A DNA stretch of 64,000 nucleotides from the human T2T-CHM13v2.0 reference genome, Homo sapiens: NCBI RefSeq assembly GCF_009914755.1, contig NC_060946.1. One strand, 5' to 3'. The translations under genes and the position numbers were made by a program. Within the stretch, counting starts at the first letter, position 1; the number at the start of each line of letters is the position of its first letter. Of this stretch, positions 16,161 through 28,829 are shown piece by piece. The notes under the pieces are model-generated. The model was given only the letters and a program-made list of their open reading frames with translations, ran no database searches and was not told the origin of the DNA.

Positions 16161-17432
16161 TTTACTCTTGACCCCTTGCAAACAGGTCTGTCTTGCACAT
16201 GTGCCCCAGGTACCACTCAGCCATCTGCTCATTAATGGGAGAGGGGAGAACCTTCCCGGTTCTCTTGAGTAACTACCATGATCACAGCTTTCTGGAATGT
16301 AGCAGGTTACTTGATAAAGAGGGCGGGAATTCTTAGAAAGGAGGGTTTCTGGCTGCAAGCCCCATACCTGTTTTCTGCCACCTTCTCTGCCAAGGGAGCT
16401 TGAGCCAGCCATTTCTGGGAAGTGGTGAGCCTCAGATATGGTTCAGGGAAGATGGGAAGTGTTACAGTGTAATTCCATCTGCTGATGGGGACAGGCACAA
16501 ACCTGGTGGCTTGTTGTCCTTGGAACAGTCAGTGATGAAGGCAGAGTGGCGGTAGGACAGGGACCCCGCTTAGTTATGACACTGCCTCCTAAGTGGAACT
16601 AAGTGGAAGGTCTAGTGGGGCCTTCTTCGTGGGTTGGGACAGTGGTTCTGCACCCCCACTCAGCAGCTCAGGAACTGAAGTTAGAGCCTGCCTTCAGGGG
16701 ATGGGCATGTGTACAAGGGATAGGGGACCAGTTAATCCAGGAGTTAGATGGTGACTGAGACTCCAGGAATTTCCCCTTTCCTGTAAACATGGGTCATTTT
16801 CTAGAATTACCACGTTCCCTTTAATTTTGCCATGTTTAGGAAATCTGGCTGAGCTGGTAATTACCAAGTCTAACTGAGAAATGTCTTATATGTAACCTTC
16901 TGTTTCCCTTGAGTGTTTCGGAGGAAGCTGTGGGCACGTTTTATGGATAGGTGCTCCGAGTTCTTTCCGCTTTGGTCCAGTCTGAGTGGCTCTGATAAGC
17001 GTTGGCAACACCACCGATTTTTGTGGGGCCTGGCTTCAGAACATGAATGTCTGTGTTTCTGCAAAACCAAGTGTACTCACTGCCTCCTTTTAAAATCATG
17101 CTACAAGGATGTCTTTCACTTTGAATTCTGCGCTTACATTGTTCAAGAGGCATCACCATGTTTATAACCTCAGACGCAGTAATTCCACCCTAGGGCATTT
17201 TCCTAAGGAAAATTGCTTCCCCCTTTTCTTTTATGGTAGTATTATGTGAAATTATTCATTGTATTCATAACAGTGGAAAGCTGGAAACAAACTGAGCATC
17301 CTGTAATACAAAAGGGGTTCCATTAGCTTGGTAGACGATTCTGTCATCATCCGATGGTAAGGATGAAAATGAATTAGCAACGTGGAACATTGTCATAAGT
17401 GGAAAAAGTGAGATGCCCAAAGTGTGATGATT

Positions 17433-17955
17433 TGTATCAGTCATCTCTTGTTCGGTAACAAACCATCCCAAAGTTTAGAGGCTTAAAACAATGCGATTTA
17501 ATCGCAGTGCCATCTGGCTTGGTATGAGGTGGTTCTGCTGTCACACAGGCTTGGTCATGTGACTGTATTCAGTTTGTGGTTTGACTGCCGCTGGCATCCG
17601 AGGTGGCCTAACCGTTGTAGCTAAGGACTTGGTAGGGACACCGGAAGGCTGAGACCTCTCTCTCCTTGTGGTCCGTCATTGTTCTGCAGTGAAGCCTGAG
17701 TTGCTTCTCATGGAGGCTAGGTTCCAAGAGCAAAGGTGGATGCTGCAGGGCTTCCTGAGGCCTGGGCTATGGAACTTCTCAGCTGAACTTCCACCGGATT
17801 CTGTTGGTACAGTGTGTCGCAAGTCTTGCCCAGATCTAAGCGGGGGTAGAAAGCTGGACTCTACCTCTTGATGGGAGGAGCAGCAGTGTCATGTGGACAC
17901 ACGGCGTGGACACAAGGCATGATTCTCAGGGGCTCTGGTGATTGCTCCCACCACA
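17433..17955 (-). mobile_element. MLT1-family MaLR solo LTR
   Basis: TG...CA ends, GTAACAAACCATCCCAAA...GGCTTAAAACAA; imperfect 5-bp TSD TGATT/GGATT. Confidence 0.75.
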
Positions 17956-20900
17956 GGATTTTAGTTACACAGTCACAGGACAAGGACTGGAAGTGATTGT
18001 GGGAAAATGATCCTAGACCATTGGTAGAGGAGGTGAGGTTGTGGATGACTTTTTTAGATTTTTGCTGTTGCCATGTTATATAGTAGGTTCAAAGTAAAAA
18101 ATCCTTAGCATGTTATCCACTGGACTCCTAGTTCAAGATTGCTGGGGTGTCAGATCCACTGTTAGGTCCCATAAACTTGCAGGCTCGGCCAGTGCAGAAC
18201 CTCTGCAGCCTGGCCTTCGGGAAGAAGACATCCAGAGATAGTGACCACACCATGGGGTACCTTCAAGCTCTGGTGCTCTCTCTTCGCCTTGCTGACCTTG
18301 ATGGAGTGGATAGGCCTTGGGTTCAACATGAATTGACCCAGGCCATGGGGGCATTGGTTGGCCTCCTCTGTAAGGTAGGCGTGGGGCTCAGCCTGCAAGA
18401 GCTGACCATACTTATGTAGGATTAGGGGGCATCGGTGGGAACCCTGGTGTCCAAGGACAGTATTGTCTGGTTGACTGAAGTTAGGGAAGTGGGTGGGGAA
18501 CATGGAATTGTCAATCCTTCAGGCTCCTTTTGAAGGTCATTGTTTTCCTAAACAGATGGTTATTTGGACTCTTACAAGTTCTCTGTAAGTTTGTAAATGT
18601 TTGAAAATAAATAGTGGAATAAATAAATACATGGGAAACCGCACTTTGCCTACGTGTGGGATGCTCGTGAGACCTGGAGGGAGGGCACTCCCATGAAGGC
18701 GGGGATCCCGGGTAGGCGGTGATCTGCAGCTGTGGCCGCCTGCTCGGACAGGAAAGGCCTTGACGTCCAGATCCTGCTGGTGGGAGAGCCGTGGCCCAGG
18801 CTCCTACATTGCCTTGGGGAGGAGAGTCAGGCCCTGCAGGGAAGGGTTGTGAACCTGCTCTGGGCAAATGGGCCTGGCTCCTGGGAAACTTCGGGCCTGC
18901 AGTAACCCTACTCTGACCAGAGGAATCCTTCCCCTGTCGCATTGGCATCCCTCCCCTCACTGTTCTCTTCATTCTGGACCCCCTTGTCATCACGATGCCA
19001 GTGCTGTCCCTTTGGTGTGGGGTTTGTGCTCTGACCTGACCCTCAGGCCCTGCCAGTGCCCTGGCTTCCAGGCAGATCTGGGCAGGCAGGTCTGAGCCCC
19101 CGGAGCTGGGTAAGCATCTGGGGCATGTGAGGATTGCAGGAGGTGACCCGGGACAGTGCCTCACGCCCAGGGTGACCAGAAACTGTGTTCCCTTCCCTAA
19201 CCCACCGGGTTTAAACTTTTTACTTGCTAGCCATAGAGCTCTTAATCAGACAATATCCAGGGGAACCCCCATTATGTAAGGCAGGTAAAGCTGGTGGAAG
19301 CTCTCCCACCCACTAGTTGTCCCTGCTCAGCCTTGGCACGGGGCCACTGTGGGACCGGAGAGCTGGGAAGCCACCACCTCAGTCCCTGCCAGTCTCTGGT
19401 CTGATGGTGAGGAGGGGTCTGGCCTGCTCAGTGGCAGGGTGCGGAGGTGAGGCTGGTGGCTGTTCTTCAGCTGTGGGACTCGTGTGGGGACAAGCTGAAC
19501 AGTGTGCTGATCTCTGATCACCACTCAAGCCACAAGTGACTGGACAGGCATGGACCTGTGTCCTCATAGTGAGGACCCATGGGGCTTCACCCAGGACAGC
19601 CTGGTTCGCCTGCCCTCCGATGCTGGTGGAGGGGAGGCAAGGCAGAGGGGACTCCTGTAAAGGGCTGTTTTTTTCTGTCCTGGAATGAGCACATTCTGAG
19701 GGTGAGTGGCTGTCAGCAGTTAGGAAAAATTGCCTGTTGACTTGTTTCATTAAGAGGCCCCTTGCCGAGGGTGAGGTCGCAGCCCGGCCCTGCTCAGGGA
19801 GGAAGCGGTGTTTACAGAGCGGCCAGCTGGTGCCGGGTGAGGAGGTGGCTGATCCCTCGTTATGGAGCTGAGAGGGCCTGCGGCTTCCAGCCCATTCCTG
19901 CCATGCCGCTGCCCTAATGGCTGTGACAATGGATGGATGGATGGACGGAGGGCCAGGCCAACCAGGCAGTGAAAACAGGAAACCTAATCTTTTAAAAATA
20001 ATCCAGGGGGAGGGGAGAAAGTGAAGCAGCAAAGCCCTTAAGCCGACAGATGGCCCTGGTGGGGTGTGTCTTCCAACTGGGTAGGTGCTTCTCAAGGCTG
20101 AAAATTCCAGTGAGTCGGTGAAAGCTGAGCGTGCCCACCAAAGACACTTGAATGGGCGGCTGGCATTTTCAAGCTCTGTTCCTTATGTTAGACGATGTTG
20201 TTTTAGCACAAAGCCTCCCCCCGGATCCCAAGCCTCTCCCCACCATGGCTCCAGAGTCATCCCTATGTGGAACCCAGCGGGGCAGTCTGACCTTGTCCCT
20301 TTGGCTGTGACCCTGTCCCACCCTTGGCCTCTGTCCCTGGTTCTTGCCCAGGTCCACTATTGCATGGCCAGATTCATCCTCACAGGGACCTGACCGCTGT
20401 TCCCTTCTCACAAACCTCTGAGTTGCCCATGGGCTGAAGGTCAAGGTCACGCATCTCAGGCAGGCAGGTGTGCAGGACCCTCCACGCTCGTGGGCACTGG
20501 CGGTGCGGGAGCACAGCTCCCTCCTCTCTGCTAGCTCTGAGAGTCCCCCGCCACCCCTCTGTGTGCTTCCTGCACCCCCTCTCCTTGCCTAGAATGTCCC
20601 CCACAATGTCTCCACTTGCCCAGCTCTGTCCTCTGTGTCCAGCTTTGAGGCTACTTTCTGCAGTCACCACTATTATCCCACCCCATGTAGTTCTCTGTCC
20701 CCGACCTGCATGTAACCTGTTTCCCTCCTCCGGCCGCTCTCAGCCGCTCCTTCATGCCTCCTTCCTGGGCTCCCTTTGGTACTTGTGTGTGCACCGCCTT
20801 CTCGCCTCCAAGTCTGCAGTTCCTGGAGCATTGAGTCATCCTGTTACCATTGCTTCTGACTCGAAGGACACGGCCCCTTGGGGCTGGCTGGTGTCATGTG

Positions 20901-21549
20901 TGGCTGCACAGAGGGGAGGGGCTGTTCTGCCACCTGCCCTTTGAGGCTGTGTGGGCACGGTTCCCTCTAGAGCTCCATGTCTAGCAGAGCATGCGGGGGT
21001 CCTGCTGTGCCCCCACTCCCATAGTGCTTGAACCACTTCACCCCTTGCATGGGGACCAACAGGATCTACCTCCCTCTGTCGAATGTACTTCTGAAAGGAG
21101 GAAGGTTACACTGAAGTTTCACCTACCGTCCATGGGATTTTGACCCTGCTGTAGTGACAGCTGCATGTTTGGTTCTAGGGGAGGAGGGGTGAATGACTTA
21201 TCTTGGAGAAGCCAGAGCCAGGTGTCAGGGAATGGCCTCTGTGTCTGCCACCTCCTGCTGCCTCTCTGCCTGGGTCATTTGGTTCAGTGGCTATAACTGT
21301 CTTGGAGCAGCATTTGCTTCCAGGTTGGGTTCAGGTATGAAGTGCTGAAAACATGGGAATCCCTGAGCCCAGCCCCACCCAGGCTTGGTCTGCTAGGGGA
21401 GGTGGAAGCAGGGCTTCTGAGGCCCTGAGGCTGCCTGGGGAGTGCGTTTCTTCTCCACCCACTTGCAAGCTCAGCTCACTTCCTCTTACTGTATACTTGG
21501 TGTTTCATTCACACTCCTTGCAGCATGCTTCTGGGATATGATGAAAATC

Positions 21550-21680
21550 AGCTGTGGGTGTTGATTTCGGAGCTGGGCAACGATCCTCTCTGGACCCGCA
21601 TTCCCATCTGTAAGATGGGGGTAGTAACCTCCACCCTCACTGCTTCCTGGAATTGTTGATGCATCAGAGAGAGCAGCCAG
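21550..21680 (+). mobile_element. MIR
   Basis: CTGGGCAA...TTCCCATCTGTAAGATGGGG core. Confidence 0.6.
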
Positions 21681-22669
21681 TTTGCACTGTGGGCTTCCAG
21701 GGAGATTTATTTCATGCCATGGTTCCCCTTTTGGATAAGGGGCTAGATTTGCTTTCTTCATCAGATTGTCCCCGGGGACACACACAGGAGTTGCTCTCAC
21801 GTCGTTGCCTCTTGGTATCTTTGAAGCCTGTCTGTTAGAACCCGCCTCTTTGATGGTAGGGCAGGATTTGGAGAGGTGATGGCCTCTTTGGGTTGAATTT
21901 CTCACTCTAATGGGCTCACAGTACCTTCTGATTACCTCCTGGTTCAGCTTCCTTGACAACAAACTAGAATTGCTTCAGATGCAATACTTCATTCTTCCTA
22001 GTGCATGAGTAATTCATATCCACTATTTGCTCCCTCTTTTACAAATTGGAGGATGGCGATGCAGATGGAAGATGACCTGCTCATGCATCAGGCCGAGACT
22101 TCAGGCTTCCGAGGCACATGTTTGAGGTTGAGACTCCCTAGGGAGAGTGGAGTCACCTTTGCTTTGCAGAGGAGCCATGGGGGACCATGTCTCAGCACCT
22201 CTGAAAGGTTTTCTGCCCCATCCAGTCTGCTGCTTCTCTCCCCTCCCTCCTTCACCCTGTTCCCCTTCATCAGGGGTGTAAATGATGGTCTTCCTGTCTT
22301 CCCATGCACCTCCCTTAGGACCAGAGCAGGTGGGAGATGTCTTCACAGGAGGGTTCCAGGATGATAGGTTTGGAGCAAAGGGCTGGGGGCTTCTGGGGAG
22401 CCCCATTCCTGCACCTCCATGCTGAATGAAGAGGCCACACGAGGATGCTCACACTGCTCAGTGCTTCTTAGAGAAAGCTGCTGGCTCTGATTAGGTCTGG
22501 TAGGGGGCAGGGTCCTTATTTCTCAGGACTCAAGACAGATCCTCAATCAATGGCAAGAGTCATTTTTGTTTTCCCGCCAGGCTCACTAGAGTTTCTGTCT
22601 CTTCCCACTTTTCTTTGTGGGACAGCTTTCGGGAGGGTGGGGTTGTCTTTGTTATGAGAAGTGACAGCC

Positions 22670-23130
<461 letters not shown>

Positions 23131-23698
23131 ACAGGTGACACACCTGCCTGGCGCGTCTTGGGCCCCTTATTAGGCACAGTAAGGCATAGAAAACTGTCTG
23201 ATTCCGGCCGAGTTTCCAGGCTAAGTGGGAAGGTGGAACACAGCATATGAAGATTAAAATGAGAAGTAAAGTGATAGTTCACAGTATGTTGGTGGGAAAA
23301 GGTTGATACGATTGTCAGATAAATTGCACAAGTGCTAAGTGCTGAGAAAGTTCAGAGCAGGGGAAGTGGTTCCCGAGGAAGGAGGCAGAGGAGTGTAGAT
23401 TTTGTAGAGAAGGCTAAGAGAGGGTGGGATGTGGCAAAGGGCGAAGGGTAGAAGGAGACATGACCTGGGAGAGGGGAGCGTGGCAGGGGCCCATGGGCTT
23501 CAGGGCTGTGACCAACAGCATGCTGGTGAACAGACCAGACGTGGGCTATGTTGTCTGGGCCTGTGAAGCTGAGTTCAAGAGCCCAAGCCTTCCTCCCTCA
23601 TGCCCATGCTGTTGGAACCTTGAGGTGGTTACCTGGGCAGAATTCCTGTCCTGGTCTCTGGGCAGCATCTCTCCTGCTTCTGATAAAGACTAACAAGG

Positions 23699-24058
23699 TG
23701 TCTTAGTCTGTTCAGGCTGCCATAACAAAATGCCAGGCTGGGCTGTTTATAAACAAGAGAGATTTAGTGCGCACAGTTCTGGATTTGGGGAAGTTTGAGA
23801 TCAAGGCACCTACAGATTACATGTTAGATAAGGGCTCCCTGCTTCATAGATGGCATCTTCCTGCTGTTTTTCATGTGGCAGAAGGGCCAAAGAAGCTCTC
23901 TTGGGCTTCTTATTGTAAAGGCATTAATTTCATTCATGAGGGTTCCACCCTTACGACCTCATCACCTCCCAGCAGCCCCACCTCTTAGTATTATCACATT
24001 GGGGGTTAGACTTTAACATAAGAGCTTTGGTGGGGGGTACAGTATTAAGTCCATAGCA
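23699..24058 (-). mobile_element. MaLR solo LTR (MST/MLT1A type)
   Basis: TGTCTTAGTC...CCATAGCA with perfect 5-bp TSD CAAGG (23694-98 and 24059-63). Confidence 0.88.
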
Positions 24059-24133
24059 CAAGGGGTGACACCTTGGAGTGGGTGGAGGGTGACCACCTAG
24101 CAGTGTGACAAGAACTCCACTAAGGGAATTGGG

Positions 24134-24240
24134 GTGTGAGTGTGAGCATGTGTGAGTATTTGTATGTGCACACTTGTGTGTGTACATGCATATCTCCAAG
24201 TGTCCATGTATGGCTGTGTGAGTGCATGTGCCTGTGTGTG
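24134..24240. repeat. Degenerate (TG)n repeat
   Basis: Direct reading. Confidence 0.8.
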
Positions 24241-25308
24241 GCCCATTGGGGGACAGGAGCAGGGGCCTTGAGGCTGGGCTTTGGGCTTTGTGTACATTTC
24301 TTAGCATCTTGTAGATGCGGATGCTGACTCCCTCCTATGGTGCCTCTCAAGATGAAATGAGAGCATATCCAAAGCCCTGTGTGCACAGTCGCTCCCTTCT
24401 TCCCTCTTCTCCTGGTATCAGCCCCCCTATTCTGGCTGGCTGAGCCCTAGGCTGCCGGTGCAGGGGGTACTCAGGGAGGAGGGCTCAGGCAGGCAGCAGA
24501 GGCCTGGAGGGCCTGGCTCTGTGGGATCTGTGACCTTCTCCACTCCAGTTGGCAAGGGTCCAGGTGAGTCTCCCACCCTCCCAGTGCACAGCGAGATTTC
24601 AGGTTTTGTTTCTAGACCCTGATTGCCATGTGGTTTTCACACCGCCTCTCCTCCTGCCATTGACAGTGGGGGGCTTTGATTGCTGTCCCCCCTGTAATGG
24701 GAACACTTTGCTGACCTTTTCCTTCCTTTCCCCGCTAAATGATTCCTGGCCAAAGCCCTGCCTCCCCATGGGGAGCCGCCTCTTCCTGCCTTTCCCAAAG
24801 GCACAGGCCCTGATGCCCAGGACCCCGTGTAGGACACACAGGGACAGACAGGAGTGCCCTTATCTCACCCGCTGGTTTGGAGGGACAGTTTATCTCTCTT
24901 TTCCACATGGTCTAAAGGAAGCTGGTGCTGAAATGGCAGAGACAGGGACTGACTCCACAACAGGAAGACAGGCTCGGGCGCAGATCTCTCGACTGTGGCC
25001 GCCACACAGTGGTCACTGCTGTTGTCCTGGGCCACCTCTCTGATCCCCAGGGCTCTCCTGTCCCAAGTGGCTGCCTGAATTGGTTTTTTGCACTGGCATT
25101 TATACCTTTACTTGGTTAATGATTCTTAGAGTTCTTTATGGACTGTAGGGGGAGGACCGAGGTCCAGGTGGTGGTGATGGCTGCTTTCTAACTGGCAGTC
25201 CTGGGCAGTGCCTTGAGGGGAGGCATTTCTTCTAAAGCTCAGCTCTCACTTGTGCCTCCAGGAGAGTCAAACTGCCGCCTTGCTCTGAGCCATCTCAAAG
25301 TGAGGTGA

Positions 25309-26133
<825 letters not shown>

Positions 26134-27169
26134 TCATCTGAACCCAGAGTAGCGTGCATGGTGATTATTTTGAGATTTCCTCTCTGTCCCCATCTGGGCT
26201 CATTTTCACTGGATGGACCCCACCATGCTTCTTAGACCCTGCCTGCGGCAGGCTGGCCAGCCCAGGTGGAGGGCATGCGCTTTGCCAAAGGCGAGACCGC
26301 TGGCTGGAGACTGGACTGCGGGGCCATCCTCCAGGCTCTTGCACGGGGACCTGGAGGATGTGGCCCAAGCTCAGTCTCCTTCAGTCTGCATTGGTGGCTA
26401 ATCAGGACACGGGTATGGGGGAAATCCCTGTAGGTCTGGAGGTGGCTGGGATGGCCCAGGGCTTGTTTCTCACCCTTTACCTCTAGTTTATATCCCACTG
26501 ACACCGAGGTTTATTCGCAATGCACTTCAGCAGATAGGGTGATGGGGTAGAATCACAGAGCTGAGGAGTCCACGGTAAAGAATTCCAGGTCCCTGTGCTT
26601 CTCCTGCATCCCAGCTCTTCTGTCATTGGAAGGCAGTCATCCAAGACTCCTCCCTTTTCTGGCCTTTGCTGTCAGGGAGCCTGGGGGCCAGTTCACTATT
26701 CATTTCGCACAGTCAGTGCATCCCAGGGCCTGAAACACGCTTTGAGCCTTCATTTTTGTTTTCTTCCCAGTGGCCTTATTTTTACACTGTTTGATTTCTT
26801 AAGGCTGCTTTGGATCCTTTTAAAAGTAGGCGAGTGAAAAGCTACACAAACAAACTCCTGGGCTTGGCACCCTCCTGTGCCCACATCCGGCGCCCTTTCT
26901 TTGGGACCTGCCGGAGCCTGGGTCCCCTGGCAGGGTGGGGCAGGATAGGGTGGGGTGTTGCCTGAGAAATGGTGCAAACCTTCTTGCACTCCGTAAATGA
27001 TTCATTTCCTTCAAATGTCCTATGCTGTTTTCCAGCAGAATCTCCATTATGTATGAATCAAGATCCTGGCTGACATTTTCTGCCTTGGCTGTTGTGAGCT
27101 TTCCCGTCAGAAATATCCTTCCCATGGGGCCTGAAGTAATTATTTTATATTTATTGGCATTAAGTGTAT

Positions 27170-27188
27170 GAGAGAGAGAGAGAGAGAG

Positions 27189-27219
<31 letters not shown>
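27170..27219. repeat. (GA)n(GT)n compound microsatellite
   Basis: Direct reading. Confidence 0.96.
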
Positions 27220-27440
27220 CAGAAGTGGTGTATCAGCTGCCACATAGTAAGAGAGCAAAGGATCTTCTTTTGTCTTATGGTGTTTTACCTGTGCTGATTG
27301 GTTCTTGGCAGCCTTTAAATGCCTAGGCAGAGAGGAAGAGAGAGGTTCCTAAGCTTCATGGTGAATTTCTAAGTCTGTGTTGACTGCAGGAAATGTATGA
27401 GGAAAGGATGGTGGTTGAGGCCTCTCCCTCACATTTAGGC

Positions 27441-27652
27441 CAGGGGTTGGCAAATTGCAGCTTAGTCCTGTCTGCTGCCTGTTTTTGTAAATAAAATTTT
27501 ATTGGAACACAGCTTGCTCATTGGCTTATGTATAACATTTGGCTGCTTTCATGCTATGATGACAAGGTTGAGTAGTTGAGACAGATGCCATGTGGCTTGC
27601 AAAGCTGAAGATATTCATTAGCTGGCTCTTTCCAGGAAAAGTTTGACCCCTG
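27441..27652. mobile_element. MER58A hAT-Charlie DNA transposon
   Basis: TIRs CAGGGGTTGGCAAA...TTTGACCCCTG; 8-bp TSD-like ATTTAGGC/CTTTAGGA. Confidence 0.85.
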
Positions 27653-28299
27653 CTTTAGGATAAAACAGAGAAATGGAGAGACATGGAATAGCAGAGTATC
27701 TTTTCAACTAGGTTCAATATGAATGAACAGGTCCCCTCAGTTGCACCTGAAAGGGGCCAGAAGTCCTATAGGTTTGGGTTTGGGGGAGATTGAAGTTAGA
27801 CTTGCTTGGTTCAGAGACCAGGCCAGGATCGAGCATTTGCCATTGGTGACCTGGAGGTGTCTGGAGCAGGATCCTTTTAAATAGGCAAGCTGCTTGCTGG
27901 GAACACAGTTCACCTTAAGCTTTAAAAAAAATTCCTTCAAAGCCAAAAACCATGCAAATATGGAGCTGCCTGACAAGCCGAATGATTGATAGGGTAGAAA
28001 ATAGGGTCTGTCATAAAATATTTGAGGAGGTGGATTTTTACAGCAGGGAGAAGCAGGCTGACAAGTGCCACTTGTTAATGGTGACTACCACCTTCCGTAC
28101 CTACTGTGTGCCAGGCATAGCAATAGACACTTTGTTATTGTGTTCCGTCTAGAAACAACCCTGCTAAGTAGCTCCCAGTATTCCCCAGTTACCAGTGGAG
28201 GCTCCAAAGATATATCTTTTGTGTGAATTGCACAGCCCACGATCAGGGAGGAAGCCATCCCCTGTGGTCCAGCCCTCTGCACAGGTAATGGGGGAATTA

Positions 28300-28525
28300 G
28301 CTGGAATTGCAGCCATCCTGTAGGACATAAGGAAGAACATCTTGACTGTAAGCATGGTTAAACACTGGGATGAGCTGTCAGGGAAGCGTGAGAGATCCCC
28401 ATCTGGGAGGAGCTTTGGAAAGGAGAAACATTTGTAAGTCTATTTTCAGCTTTCAGCTGCATGGTGACACAGGGCATTGGCCTTGATGGCCTCTAGGAGA
28501 TCTTGTGACCTTTCTGATTTCAGCA
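28300..28525 (+). mobile_element. CR1/L3 3' fragment
   Basis: AGGAAGAACATCTTGACTGT...AAACACTGGGATGAGCTG...ATCCCCATCTGGGAGG resembles the CR1 3' end. Confidence 0.6.
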
Positions 28526-28829
28526 TTCTCTCTCCTGTCACATCAGACCCTTTGCTGGTTTAGATCACAATAGTACTGCCAGTGCTGCACCCTTTTAGAA
28601 CTTCTAAGGCCATGAGTTATTGGAGATTCAGTTTCCAGGGTGGTTCTTGAACCTAAGAAATCTTCTAGAAGCCTGGGTCATGTTGTGAGGTCCTTGTGCC
28701 TGTTGGGTCGTGGTTCTGTCTGCCTCAGGTTACTGTTGGCCCCAGGGCTCTTTTTCCTGCAGGCCTTAGTTAGCACCATGAATGGTTAGGGGTATGGGGG
28801 TCAGGGTGAGTGGTCACCAGTGGGTTTCA

